64,000 bases of DNA from Syntrophales bacterium (GCA_963662405.2 CAXXKT010000001.1:640001-704000); one strand, 5' to 3'. Counted from the first letter of the stretch, positions 1 to 10,345 are shown. The notes: generated by a model from the sequence alone, not told the origin. Translations and numbers: made by a program.

Positions 1-229
1 GGGAAAACCGGAAAATTATGTCTATTCGGCCGAACTGATGAAGAGAGCGAAGGAATAATACCCCCCACCAGAAAGCGGGCCTCGCCGTCACTTGGGGAGG
101 TCCGCTTTCCACTTTTCAGCAACCCCCGTTTCATCGAATCGGGAGATCCGCATGGGTGTGTCATGTCCGCCTCCGCGAAGATCTCATGCACCGCTCCGGT
201 TTCTCACATCACGACACATCGCTCTCGAG

Positions 230-347
230 CGAGACTCCCGGGAAGAGAGAGATACCCAGGGCGTCACTCTGGCTCTGTTCAGACGAGGCCGCGTACATAA
301 TCGGCAAAGAGATCGCCATCGGCGGCGGGCAGGGGATCAAGCCCTGA
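230..347 (+). pseudogene. C-terminal remnant of a short-chain dehydrogenase/reductase
   Basis: Translation EIPRASLWLCSDEAAYIIGKEIAIGGG resembles the SDR C-terminal motif (lxLxSdxasyitGxxixvDGG). No upstream Rossmann part is in frame. Confidence 0.5.
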
Positions 348-710
348 CGGGTCGCGAAAAGCACCGTCCGTCCTCGTATAGTCTTTCATCATATAAACCG
401 TGCGATGTCAAAGGCATCGCACGGTTTGACGCTTCACCCACTTAGCAGCAATATCTCCCTGTTGTTTTTCATAATTCGACATCGATTTTCTTGGCACGCA
501 ATCGCGTATTACAAGCCTGTCGTATGTTCCCAGCAAGAAACCTGCTCCTTATTATATCAAGAAATGCGACAAGATCCCTGAATCGGTTGTAGGTCGACGT
601 AAAGACCTCAAGGCCTTGAAAAGGTTAACCCCTTTAAAGAAATTGATGAGCCTGCCAGTCGTTCAATCGAATGAGTTGTTCCGAAAAATAGTTTTGCGAA
701 AAATAACACC

Positions 711-750
711 TTGACATTTGCCTTTCTCGGCCATACAATAACATTGTTTT
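711..750 (+). promoter_or_regulatory. sigma70 promoter with overlapping palindromic operator
   Basis: TTGACA(711-716)-N17-TACAAT(734-739). ATAACATTGTTTT lies at 738-750. Confidence 0.75.
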
Positions 751-1301
751 CTATAAACTTACCTTCTAGCAATCAGCGGCACGTGTATTTTTCCTTCGTC
801 TCGCATGCGAATACAAGGATTATAAATAACGTATTACCGGTTACTTATTGCGTATATCGTTCAAGCAAAAAAGACCACCAGATAATACTGAATCAAGGCA
901 ACGAAAGGGTTACACCAAGGCCACACAAATTGCTCTTGATTTATAATAACGTTGTTACTGATTTCAACACAAGAGCACTTCTCAACATACACGTACCAAA
1001 AGAGCAAAATATTTCCACTCATGATGGCGAATAGTAATCAGAGAATAATCGCGACCACCCACCGGAGTAAAACGCATCAGGGACCCTGCAGACACAAACA
1101 TCGACGGAGCAACCGTTACAACCCATGACAACAGGAGCACGGAGAACCTATGGACCCGCATGCTTTTCCGACACATTCATCGAGCATCGATGATCCAAAA
1201 CCTGATTCCCTGTTGGGTTTGCAGGATGAACACACAGACAATTTGAGGGCAACATGCAACGACAGTTGCAACTACAATGATCAGGGAAGGAGTAATTACC
1301 G

Positions 1302-2675
1302 ATGGTAAGAAGATTCAGATTTGACTTGTGTGCGGTTGCAATACTCGTATTGACGTTCTGTTTTGCATCTCCCGGGGTGAGTGCCGTCCCGTCGGGAGAA
1401 CCGATCGTGATCGGGTATGCGGGGATGGTGCTTTCGCCGGGAACAAGACCCTGCATGGCGATCCAGAAGCTTGCGGTCCAGGAGATCAACGAGGCGGGCG
1501 GCGTTCTCGGGCGGCCCCTGAATTACGTAATCGCCGACAATAAGGGAGCCACCTCCCTGACAGTTGAAGGTACGCGTCGGTTGCTTCTCGAAGAAAAGGC
1601 AACGTTTATCTTTGTGGAGGGTCGGACGGAAATCTGTCTCGCCGCCCAGGAAAACGCAGCAGCCATGTTCAAGGACTACCCGCATATTATGATATTCAAC
1701 GGCGCCACAGGAAGTGAACTGACCGATCGGGTCATCGACAATTATGAAAAATACAAGTTCTGCTTCCGTGACGCAGACCCGGAAGCGTCCCAGTATGCCC
1801 AATTGAGATATTTCTGGGGAACATCGTGGCCTCAGATGCTCCCTGGCATTAAGAGGATAGCCCTCCTCTGGGAGGATCTTGAGTGGACCAAGCCATTCCA
1901 AGAAGGAATCCCTTCCATGCCGGGGTTTATACCCTGGGAGGAGATGATGGAAAAAGAATACGGTTATGAGATCGTCTACAGCAAAAAGGTCAAGCCGAGG
2001 GGAACGATGTATCTGCCCCTTTTACAACAGATGGCCATGGGAAAGCCCGATCTTATTTTTTACATCAGTTCGTGGTTCACCGATACGGAATCCTTCACCA
2101 AGCAGTGGGCCGACTCGGCCGCGCGTGATGTCCCTCTCTTTCTCTACAGTGGTATCTCGCAGACCCTCGATTTCTGGCAACTGACCGGCGGAAAGTGCTT
2201 GGGGGTATTTACTGGGTATGCAGAACCTATGCTTCCGCTGACAGAGAAAACCATCCCCTTTGTTGAGATGGCCAAGCAACACAACATTCCAGCCCAACTG
2301 CACGTTCACTATGCCTACGCTGGCATCTACTTCATCAAGAAGGTGATCGAGACCGCCGGAGGCGTGGATGACATCGACAAGCTGATCAAGGCGATGGAGA
2401 CGACGGAGACCACATACTCACTGGGTAAGTTATCCTACGAGCAGAAGAGGGTAAAACCCTTCTTCCACTCCAGGGTCAGGGTTGATGTTTCTGACCCTCT
2501 GAATAAGACCGTATCCGAGGCTTTTATTCAGGCTGTGGCTCAATTCCAGAACAACGGTAAAATCGTGTATATGGGAGCCACCTGCAAGGAACAAGAGCAT
2601 ATCACCGAGAAAATTGGATTGGGTAAACCGGAAAGCTATGTCTATCCGGCCGAGTTGAGGAAGAGGGAGAAATAG
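1302..2675 (+). CDS. ABC transporter substrate-binding protein, branched-chain amino acid (LivJ/Peripla_BP_6) type
   Basis: Signal peptide, motif AVQEINEAGGVLGRPL, RBS GGAG upstream. Confidence 0.85.
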   Translation: MVRRFRFDLCAVAILVLTFCFASPGVSAVPSGEPIVIGYAGMVLSPGTRPCMAIQKLAVQEINEAGGVLGRPLNYVIADNKGATSLTVEGTRRLLLEEKATFIFVEGRTEICLAAQENAAAMFKDYPHIMIFNGATGSELTDRVIDNYEKYKFCFRDADPEASQYAQLRYFWGTSWPQMLPGIKRIALLWEDLEWTKPFQEGIPSMPGFIPWEEMMEKEYGYEIVYSKKVKPRGTMYLPLLQQMAMGKPDLIFYISSWFTDTESFTKQWADSAARDVPLFLYSGISQTLDFWQLTGGKCLGVFTGYAEPMLPLTEKTIPFVEMAKQHNIPAQLHVHYAYAGIYFIKKVIETAGGVDDIDKLIKAMETTETTYSLGKLSYEQKRVKPFFHSRVRVDVSDPLNKTVSEAFIQAVAQFQNNGKIVYMGATCKEQEHITEKIGLGKPESYVYPAELRKREK

Positions 2676-2702
2676 CCTTCAAGCCATAAACAGCAGTTGA
2701 TA

Positions 2703-2740
2703 AAACGGGCTTTGTTGCATTGCGGCGAGGCCCGTTTTTT
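2703..2740 (+). terminator. Rho-independent terminator
   Basis: AAACGGGC...GCCCGTTT followed by a T-run, just after the binding-protein stop. Confidence 0.7.
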
Positions 2741-3002
2741 CATGACTTCAAACACAACAGATGAAACAAGGGGGAAGAGCGGATGCACCGCCGTGATTTG
2801 AAGCTAATACACGACAGGAAGGAACTATCTGGCCCACTGTAATCATCCGGATCCTCAGCGGGTTCTTGGCGTACCTCTCATGTTTCTGAAGGGATCACAA
2901 TAATTATCGGGAAAAATGATTGATACTGCCCTACACTTCTTAATCGTAGGGCAGTATCAATCGGGGGGTGGAGAGAAAGGAATCGTTCATAACACCATTC
3001 AT

Positions 3003-3815
3003 CTAATGCCCTTCGACAACCGAAGGGGTCATCAGCAAGACACCGCCGTCAATGACGATCTCCGCACCCGTCGTATAGCTGGAGGCCTCGGAGGCCAGAT
3101 ATACGGCGGCCCCAGCAATATCATCGGGTTGTCCGACGCGACGCATCGGTAAACCCGCTTCCAGCTTTTCCTTTGCCTTTTTAACTTCCTCGGGGGAAAG
3201 ATTCCACCAGTGAGAATCCATCATCTTCGTGCTGATCGGTCCCGGGATAATGGTGTTCACCTGGATATTAAAGGGGGCCAGCTCGGCGGCAAAGGCCTTT
3301 GTGACCATACGCACACCCGCCTTGGAGACCGAGTAGACACTGACGAAAGGCTCGGGCCTGAAACCGTCGATTGACGCCACATTGATGATCTTGCCGCCGC
3401 CCTGATCCTTCATCACCTTCGCCGCCGCCTGACTGAGGAAATACAATCCCTTCAGATTCAGGTTCATGATGGTATCCCAGAGACGTTCGTCGGAGTCGAG
3501 GACGGTCCCCATTGCGGGGCTGGCACCGGCATTATTCACCAGGACGTCAAACCGCCCGTACTTTTCCATCACAGTGCTGACGACCTTCTGAACCTCCTCC
3601 ATCTTTCCCAGGTGGGCGGGGAGGACAAACGCCTTACCACCGAAGGCCTCGATCGCCGCGGCCGTCGTTTCAAGATCGTGGGCCTTACGGCTGGTCACGA
3701 CAACCGTGGCACCGGCCCTGGCAAGACCGAAGGCGATGCCCTGCCCGATACCGCGGCTCCCGCCGGTGATAACAGCCACTTTATTTTTTAACGAAAAACT
3801 GGATACATCAAACAT
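3003..3815 (-). CDS. SDR family oxidoreductase (FabG/DHRS4-like)
   Basis: TGGSRGIG, NNAG and YSVSK motifs. Start moved to ATG 3815, which follows GAGGAGG. Confidence 0.92.
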   Translation of the reverse strand: MFDVSSFSLKNKVAVITGGSRGIGQGIAFGLARAGATVVVTSRKAHDLETTAAAIEAFGGKAFVLPAHLGKMEEVQKVVSTVMEKYGRFDVLVNNAGASPAMGTVLDSDERLWDTIMNLNLKGLYFLSQAAAKVMKDQGGGKIINVASIDGFRPEPFVSVYSVSKAGVRMVTKAFAAELAPFNIQVNTIIPGPISTKMMDSHWWNLSPEEVKKAKEKLEAGLPMRRVGQPDDIAGAAVYLASEASSYTTGAEIVIDGGVLLMTPSVVEGH

Positions 3816-3848
3816 AGGGATCGCCTCCTCTTTCTTCTGCACAACGCG

Positions 3849-4880
3849 TTATAGAATCGGATTGATGACCGGCAGATCCAGCGGATATCTCAGTCCCGGT
3901 TCCGCATCAACCACCCGCGGGATAACGTGGATGGTCGGAGCAACGCTGGTTTCAAAACTTTCATCATAGGGAGGCATCGTTCCTCTGATCTCCGCTTCAA
4001 TAACAGACGGCGACCCTTCAAAACGCATTTTCTCAACGATCTTGGGCGCATCAATCTGATCGTTGCAGACATTGTGGATATAGATCAGCGTGACCTTTTC
4101 CTCCTCACCCACCATGCCGTGCCATATGAACTTGTGCCCACAGATGGTGTCCGCCGGGATATCTCCCCAGGCTGTTTTCAGCGGAATGGACGTTGTAAAC
4201 ACCTCATCGGTGCAATAGACATCCGTCATGTTATACCCAAGCCTATCGCCGACCTCCCAGACACCATCTCCGTAATAGGTCGCGATTCCCCGTCGGATAG
4301 CTTCCACATCCACGTCTTCCGGTTTCGATCCATAGCCGAAGAACCGAACCCAGTCCGAGGTATTCCCCTGATCATCTTCGCCGCATTCCATAATGACGCG
4401 ATCCACCCGCTCCATAGCGGCACACAGAACAACGGGAAAATAGTTGGAATACAAACCGGGCATCAAACCGATCTGCAGGAAGGTCACGCCATTTTCCTTC
4501 GCTGCATCGTCCAGCATCTTGGTAACGGCCGGGTCGGAAAACTTCGAATAGGAAATCGGTATGGTCGTAATGACATTTTTCTTGGCCTTGATGGCCCGGA
4601 CGATATTATCCGCGCTGGGTTTGAGTGAGCCTTTTTTCATCAGGCAGGGGAGATAGCACATGATAACGTCGGCATCCATGGCGAACGTCTTTTCAACATC
4701 ATCCGTCACGACAACCCCGGTCTTTCCGAAGCCGAATACCTCGCCCGCGTCCTTGCCCAATTTGCTGGGATCCACATCAATTGCCCCGACCAGCTCCAGG
4801 CTTTCCTTTTCCATGCACATCTTGACGGCAACTCTTCCGACATTCCCCAAACCCCAAATAATGACACGATACTTCCTCAT
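3849..4880 (-). CDS. NAD(P)-dependent amine dehydrogenase / 2,4-diaminopentanoate dehydrogenase / DapB-like protein
   Basis: IWGLGNVG Rossmann motif, LELVGAID..KLGKDAGE, C-terminal IPRVVDAEPGL..LDLP. Confidence 0.75.
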   Translation of the reverse strand: MRKYRVIIWGLGNVGRVAVKMCMEKESLELVGAIDVDPSKLGKDAGEVFGFGKTGVVVTDDVEKTFAMDADVIMCYLPCLMKKGSLKPSADNIVRAIKAKKNVITTIPISYSKFSDPAVTKMLDDAAKENGVTFLQIGLMPGLYSNYFPVVLCAAMERVDRVIMECGEDDQGNTSDWVRFFGYGSKPEDVDVEAIRRGIATYYGDGVWEVGDRLGYNMTDVYCTDEVFTTSIPLKTAWGDIPADTICGHKFIWHGMVGEEEKVTLIYIHNVCNDQIDAPKIVEKMRFEGSPSVIEAEIRGTMPPYDESFETSVAPTIHVIPRVVDAEPGLRYPLDLPVINPIL

Positions 4881-5066
4881 AATACATCTCCCTTCATCCT
4901 TTTTGTTTGTATTAAAAAATGCTCATCGAACACAATCATGACGCTCTGATTCTCTTTGGTAGCGTCGCCGGGGAAATCCCCACCGACCAAAAATAATGTT
5001 TCTATCCATACAAAGATACAACTGATAATATTGTCCTATACTTTAAATATTAACCCTTATTTTTAG

Positions 5067-5106
5067 AAAACAATGTTTTTATATATGCCAAAGAACCAGC
5101 TGTCAA
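5067..5106 (-). promoter_or_regulatory. sigma70 promoter with operator for the amine dehydrogenase-SDR operon
   Basis: Minus strand TTGACA(5106-5101)-N17-TATAAA(5083-5078). Palindrome AAAACAATGTTTT at 5067-5079. Confidence 0.75.
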
Positions 5107-5389
5107 GGTTTTTTTCAGATACCGGGTAGAGGGGGCATTTCTGGAGATCCGGTATACGCAGACGGGAGTAAAATCCACCACGCCCATCGCTCCGTATGGA
5201 AAAAGTAAGCAGCGGCCATCCATACGATCAGCTCCCTTTTCATCAGTGTAATCAGGTTATTGCATACGAAGCTCCCGCAAAGATACCGAAAATACGTCGA
5301 GTAACACTTCCCCTGATCACATCCTCTCGACGCCTCCGCCAGACGGGCAGTGGATTTACCAATGGACATATCATTCACGGAAAAACACC

Positions 5390-5430
5390 TTGACTTTTCC
5401 TTTTTTGAGGGATATAAAAACATTGTTTTT
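5390..5430 (+). promoter_or_regulatory. sigma70 promoter with operator upstream of the second binding protein
   Basis: TTGACT(5390-5395)-N17-TATAAA(5413-5418). Perfect palindrome AAAAACATTGTTTTT at 5416-5430. Confidence 0.75.
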
Positions 5431-6087
5431 TAGATAAATATTTTTGTCTTCCGAGCTCTTATTACACATTCTGATCGGATATCTTTAATACTCAGGAAAA
5501 CTGTTCAAGAAAGAAGGTCAATATTAGCAAAAGTTTGAGTAAGAATTGGCGTGGCAGGAAATCCCAGGCCGGAAACAATCACATCTTCTGCAGCAAGGAA
5601 TATGATGATGAAACGGATAAATTGTGACATATTTAAAAACAATGTTCCTAATTCATTGATAACCAGTGCCCTCTCCTGCGCTTCATTCCCCGCCAGGAAA
5701 AATGCAACGGGGAAAGCAATGACGACCGCATCTCAAAGAACAGGCACAGGCATGAATAGTGTGTATCGGGCATTTCGGCTCTTTGCGAATGACTTGATTT
5801 TGCGCCTACCCATGGGTTTATGAATTACCTGGAGGGCTTAAATGTTCACATCATTTTTACGGAAGGGGGTGACATTCGGTTTTCAACCTCAGAAGCTCGA
5901 AAAGGCAGGAGAAGCGGTGCCCGTTTGCCTTGGAAGAGGTAGGGGCGTCCGCAGGTTCAATCCCACGAAAGCGGATGTGCACAAGAAGCAAGACAAGAAG
6001 GGGGCAATGGACCCGATGAGTTTTCGTAACCTGAGGGAACCATAAACTAAAAAAGGGATCGAGCAACAGGAAACAGGAGGTTTCACT

Positions 6088-7434
6088 ATGAGAAGCAGAT
6101 GTTTTGTAACAGCAACACTAATGGCAGCTGTTATCGTGATGCTGGCAGCTTTTGGTCACGCTCCGGCGGAAGGAGCTTCGACACCGTCTAATCAAGAACC
6201 GATAGTGATAGTGTATATATGCGATCTCAAATCGCAAGGAGTACCTGTTGAATGGATGAACGTGGCCGTAAAACAGATCAATGAATCCGGCGGCGTCCTG
6301 GGACGGGAATTGAAATTCATATACGAAGATTGTAAGGGTGAAACGACCTTGGCCGTGCAGGGATATGCACGGGCGCTGATGACCCATAAGGCTACGATCG
6401 TGGGAGTCTATCCCCGATCTGAAATAGCCCTCGCCTGTGAGGCAAAAGCCGGCGAGTTGTTTCCTGAATACCCGCATATTTTCCTCGCGGTAGATGCCGG
6501 GGCCGATCAGATTACCGATAGAATAGCCACCGATTACGATAAGTGGAAATTCGTCTTCAGAGATAACTGTGCGGAGCCGGGGAGAGCGCGCGCGTTTCTC
6601 GACATAGTAGATTTTTTCAGCAGTCTCGGGGCGAAAAAGATGGCCCTCCTGCGCGAAGACCTTATGTGGACCGAGAAGGCATTTAAAGGTATTCCGCCAA
6701 CGGCACTCTGTAAGGGCCTCCCAAGCATGAAGGAACGGGCGCATGAGCTCGGCATGGAGATCGTTTACGAAAAGGCTTTAAAATATCGAGCCGGGATGTA
6801 TTCTCCCATATTAGAAAAAATAGCCGCCGCAGGGGCTGACTGTTGTGTATTTATCGCTTCTGCCGGGAATGATTCGGATGTGTTTGTCAGGCAGTGGGCT
6901 ACTTCCAGTGCACGTAATATACACATGTCCATCACCGCAGCCTGCGGGAGCAAGTTCTGGCGAAGAACAGGTGGCCAAGCCCTGGGGGTCGTCTATACGT
7001 GGGGATTGGTTCCTCTGCTGGCCGGCGCTCAGACACCCGAAATTCCGGATATCTATGAAACAGCAATAAAATATAAATTGGACCTTGACGCCGCAGTCCT
7101 GTTCAGCGCCTATGCGGATATGTTCTTCATAAAAAAGGCCATAGAAAAGGCAGGCGGTACGGATGACATCAACGCCTTGATCACGGCAATGGAAGAAACA
7201 GAGATTGTGGGGCCCATGGGGACATTGCGCTATCAAACGGAACGTATCCCACCTTTCTGTCATTCCGCTGCGTTTTTGGATCCGAAAGACCCCATGAAAT
7301 ATGCTGAGCGGGGCTTCAGGATCGATACCGGCCAGTTCCAGAAAGGCGGGAAGATTGTGCTTCTCACGAAGCCATTCCCCGGGGTAGAGGGAAGTCCGAA
7401 TTACTACAAAACCCCGGCCGAACTGCGTAAGTAA
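6088..7434 (+). CDS. ABC transporter substrate-binding protein (LivJ type), paralogue of 1302-2675
   Basis: Signal peptide and AVKQINESGGVLGREL. Shares blocks with the first binding protein (YPHI, EDLxWT, QWAxSxAR, PAELRK). RBS GGAGG. Confidence 0.85.
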   Translation: MRSRCFVTATLMAAVIVMLAAFGHAPAEGASTPSNQEPIVIVYICDLKSQGVPVEWMNVAVKQINESGGVLGRELKFIYEDCKGETTLAVQGYARALMTHKATIVGVYPRSEIALACEAKAGELFPEYPHIFLAVDAGADQITDRIATDYDKWKFVFRDNCAEPGRARAFLDIVDFFSSLGAKKMALLREDLMWTEKAFKGIPPTALCKGLPSMKERAHELGMEIVYEKALKYRAGMYSPILEKIAAAGADCCVFIASAGNDSDVFVRQWATSSARNIHMSITAACGSKFWRRTGGQALGVVYTWGLVPLLAGAQTPEIPDIYETAIKYKLDLDAAVLFSAYADMFFIKKAIEKAGGTDDINALITAMEETEIVGPMGTLRYQTERIPPFCHSAAFLDPKDPMKYAERGFRIDTGQFQKGGKIVLLTKPFPGVEGSPNYYKTPAELRK

Positions 7435-7581
7435 AATATAAACGGTATACACGGGATGACATCGTAGAAACCATGGATTTTTCAAAAAGGCATGTTGTGG
7501 TTTTCAAAAGATATGCTGAGGAATCAGTGAGTTGACGGAAAAAAATAGATAATCCTTGATGATTTAGTCTAAAGACCTCTC

Positions 7582-7618
7582 TTGAGCGATCCTCGTTTGT
7601 AAGGCGAGGATCGCTCAA
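7582..7618. repeat. Perfect 14-bp inverted repeat (hairpin)
   Basis: TTGAGCGATCCTCG-N9-CGAGGATCGCTCAA, with no poly-T tail. Confidence 0.7.
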
Positions 7619-7803
7619 TCCGACCGTCACACGAGCGACCATAAACGACATCCGTTTCGGCAAGAGACACACAGTGTGGTCAGGGAGATATGCACAAGTA
7701 CCGGCCTTGTGAGGGGGAAGATACGAAAAAAGAGTGGTAGAAATTTACAGAAAGGTAAGATATATACAGATAAAAATATTGTTTTTGATTGGATACCCTT
7801 CAC

Positions 7804-8451
7804 ATGGCTAGTGATGCACCCACAACAAAAGAATTGAAACCTGAAACAAAATCTCGGCTGGAAGCGGCGGTGAAAGAGCTTTTCAGCTCAAAGGATTTTC
7901 ACCAAGTGAACATGAGATCCATCGCCCAAAAGGCCGGCGTGGGATTGAATACCATTTACCTGTATTATGAAAGCAAAGAAAAGATGCTTTTTTCGTTCGT
8001 CAACGAATGGATTATTCAACTGGATGACAGGATTGCCGATCACTTACAAGGACTCGAAACATTTAAAGAAAAAATGCGCAAAAGTATCTGGGTGATACTC
8101 GATTTTTACGAGAGAAATCCTGACATCGCCGAAATATTATTGCTGACGGTCCCCTTTAAAACCTGGATGACCGACGCGACCTTTAAGCAAAGAGATACCG
8201 CAATGCGTATCATCAATCTTTTTCGGGAAGGGCAGGACACGGGGAAGCTCAATCCCGATATCCCCGCAGAAGTCATGTTTGACATACTGTACGGCACGAT
8301 TCACCGCCTTACCTATATGTGGATCTACCTGGAGAAGGAGAAAAGCTTAACCGGTTATGCCGGCATGCTATTCGATATTATATGGTGGGGCATCGCCAAC
8401 AGAGATAACACCGGAGAAACACCCTCCGTTCCGAAAACGAGCACACATTGA
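7804..8451 (+). CDS. TetR/AcrR family transcriptional regulator
   Basis: HTH NMRSIAQKAGVGLNTIYLYYESKE. An operator-like AAAAATATTGTTTTT lies at 7772-7786, just upstream. Confidence 0.92.
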   Translation: MASDAPTTKELKPETKSRLEAAVKELFSSKDFHQVNMRSIAQKAGVGLNTIYLYYESKEKMLFSFVNEWIIQLDDRIADHLQGLETFKEKMRKSIWVILDFYERNPDIAEILLLTVPFKTWMTDATFKQRDTAMRIINLFREGQDTGKLNPDIPAEVMFDILYGTIHRLTYMWIYLEKEKSLTGYAGMLFDIIWWGIANRDNTGETPSVPKTSTH

Positions 8452-8569
8452 TTTGTTGTAACAACTCTTGAGAGTCGCGTCTGACCCCGTTTATATTGCT
8501 CGGTCTGCTGTCCTTTTCTTCTCAGGGAATTGACGGGGTCTGGTTGCAGGATCTCTGTTGCGACGGTGA

Positions 8570-9094
8570 TCAACGCTTCTGCCGTAATCGCGGGATCCAC
8601 ATGGGGACCTCCACCATATACGCCCGGTACGCATCCCCGAAGCGAGCGAGGAGGAGACGCTCCTCGTAACGCGATATGCAGTGCAGAAACAGGATCGCGA
8701 CACAGAACACCCCGGCGGCGGCCAGCGACAGGCTCAGCGCCAGGAGACCGAGGTACAGCAGGATCTCGCTCAGGTATATGGGGTGGCGGACAACGCCAAA
8801 CACACCCGTCCGGATCACCCCCGGAACCTCCCGCCTCTCACCGAAGACGATGGCAAGGCCCGTTCGAGCCAGGTAGCCGGAGAGAACCAGCAGGACGATC
8901 CCCAACGGTGCCCTGATCCAGAAGGGCACAGATTCATTGAGAACAGTCGTGTACTTCAGAAAGAAGGTGTCGAGAACCCACACCACCGCAAAAAGCACTG
9001 CCAGGACCGCCTGCCCGGCGTCACCCGCCGCATGCTCCCCGGCGAGATCATCCCTCTCTTCAAAATGCTCCCGGTATCTCCTTGTCCATCCCAT
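8570..9094 (-). CDS. Isoprenylcysteine carboxyl methyltransferase / PEMT family membrane protein
   Basis: TGVFGVVRHPIY and EERLLLARFGDAYRAY motifs, several TM segments. Confidence 0.85.
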   Translation of the reverse strand: MGWTRRYREHFEERDDLAGEHAAGDAGQAVLAVLFAVVWVLDTFFLKYTTVLNESVPFWIRAPLGIVLLVLSGYLARTGLAIVFGERREVPGVIRTGVFGVVRHPIYLSEILLYLGLLALSLSLAAAGVFCVAILFLHCISRYEERLLLARFGDAYRAYMVEVPMWIPRLRQKR

Positions 9095-9187
9095 TGTCTC
9101 TCCCCTCCCCCCTCATTCCCCGCACAAGACCTTCTCAGGTCATGAAAAGAATTGCGCCGCTGTGATTCCCTGTGAGCGTCCAGTCGT

Positions 9188-9742
9188 CTACACCGAACCG
9201 AGACTCACGGCCCTCGCCATCAGAAGATCACGCTGGAGGTCTTCCCCCAGTCGGAACGCCTGGGTCCCTCTCTCTACAAACCCCCATTTTTGATAGAAGG
9301 CGATAGCCCGCGCATTTCGTTCCCAGACATCCAGCCAGATCATATCGCATCCCGCATGCTCGGCTTCGTGCAGACAGGCCTGCATCAACGGTGCGCCAAT
9401 GCCCGTGCCGATCCACGGCTTCCGTGCGTAAAAACGGACTATCTCCAGCGGCTTTCGACCTGCGACAGCGGCCGGGGCCTTCGCCAACCTCAACTGGGCA
9501 TACCCGACCGTCAGGCCGTCCTCCTCGACAATCAGAAATCGGGTGGCGGGGTCGGCCAGTTCACGGGCCTGCTTCTCCGGTCCAAAGGATTCGGCCAGAT
9601 AGGCCGTCATATCCTCCGGGGTATTTTCGGCCGCAAAGCTGCCTGAGAAGGTCTCGGCCCCCACCTCGGCCAGAAGCATATTATCCGAAGGCCTTGCGGG
9701 GCGGATATGGAGGAGGGGATCGTGTTCTTTTTGCATGTTCAT
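9188..9742 (-). CDS. GNAT N-acetyltransferase (PaiA/spermidine acetyltransferase-like)
   Basis: GTGIGAPLM and IWLDVWERNARAIAFYQKWGF motifs. Confidence 0.88.
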   Translation of the reverse strand: MNMQKEHDPLLHIRPARPSDNMLLAEVGAETFSGSFAAENTPEDMTAYLAESFGPEKQARELADPATRFLIVEEDGLTVGYAQLRLAKAPAAVAGRKPLEIVRFYARKPWIGTGIGAPLMQACLHEAEHAGCDMIWLDVWERNARAIAFYQKWGFVERGTQAFRLGEDLQRDLLMARAVSLGSV

Positions 9743-9829
9743 GTCAGTCGTTCACCAAGTTTATCGTTCGCTGTCGGGTCACGCAGGGACAGGGTATGGC
9801 GAAAAGAGTCGTTGTTGTTACTGGTGTCG

Positions 9830-10345
9830 TCATTTATTCGAGATGTCCTCGTCCTTTTCTCGCAGTTTGTCTCCGCTCTCAGCAAGTTCTGCGAAGTTTT
9901 CCTTAAACCGATCACGTTGCGGAACAACGTTCCGGGAGAAACCACTGAGAAAGGTGCTACTATCCACTTTCATTGGAATATCGAGAAGATTCGTGAGGAC
10001 CTGGACTCTCGTTTGAAGACGAGTGGCTTCAACTTGGTCGTAAAGAACATGGGCTGATTCCTCGTGGGCCTCTCGAGCATGTTGCATTTCATCCCGTGTG
10101 CCCTTAAGATCTTCATGCTGAATCTGTAGGGATTTGCGTTGAAGGAATATAGCCCACAGGACACCCACGAAAGCCCAACCGGAGAACAGGGCTCCGACTG
10201 CACCAAACAGGTCACCAGCTCTCCCGGCGCCGTCTGGAGCGCCGAAAAGTCGGCTGACAATAAAGAAAGAAAGGAACCAGACAACCGTTACTGAAATGAA
10301 CACCGCCACCATAGTTACGGTCAGACGTGTGTCTTTTCTTTTCAT
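9830..10345 (-). CDS. Hypothetical membrane protein (2 TM plus coiled coil)
   Basis: GDLFGAVGALFSGWAFVGVLWAIFLQRK..Q..DL..TR motif. Start chosen at ATG 10345 after a purine-rich RBS. Confidence 0.65.
   Translation of the reverse strand: MKRKDTRLTVTMVAVFISVTVVWFLSFFIVSRLFGAPDGAGRAGDLFGAVGALFSGWAFVGVLWAIFLQRKSLQIQHEDLKGTRDEMQHAREAHEESAHVLYDQVEATRLQTRVQVLTNLLDIPMKVDSSTFLSGFSRNVVPQRDRFKENFAELAESGDKLREKDEDISNK

Noticed and set aside
9743..9830. Possible attC between the hypothetical protein and the GNAT gene
   Set aside because: There is no proper RYYYAAC/GTTRRRY pair, and the pairing is weak.
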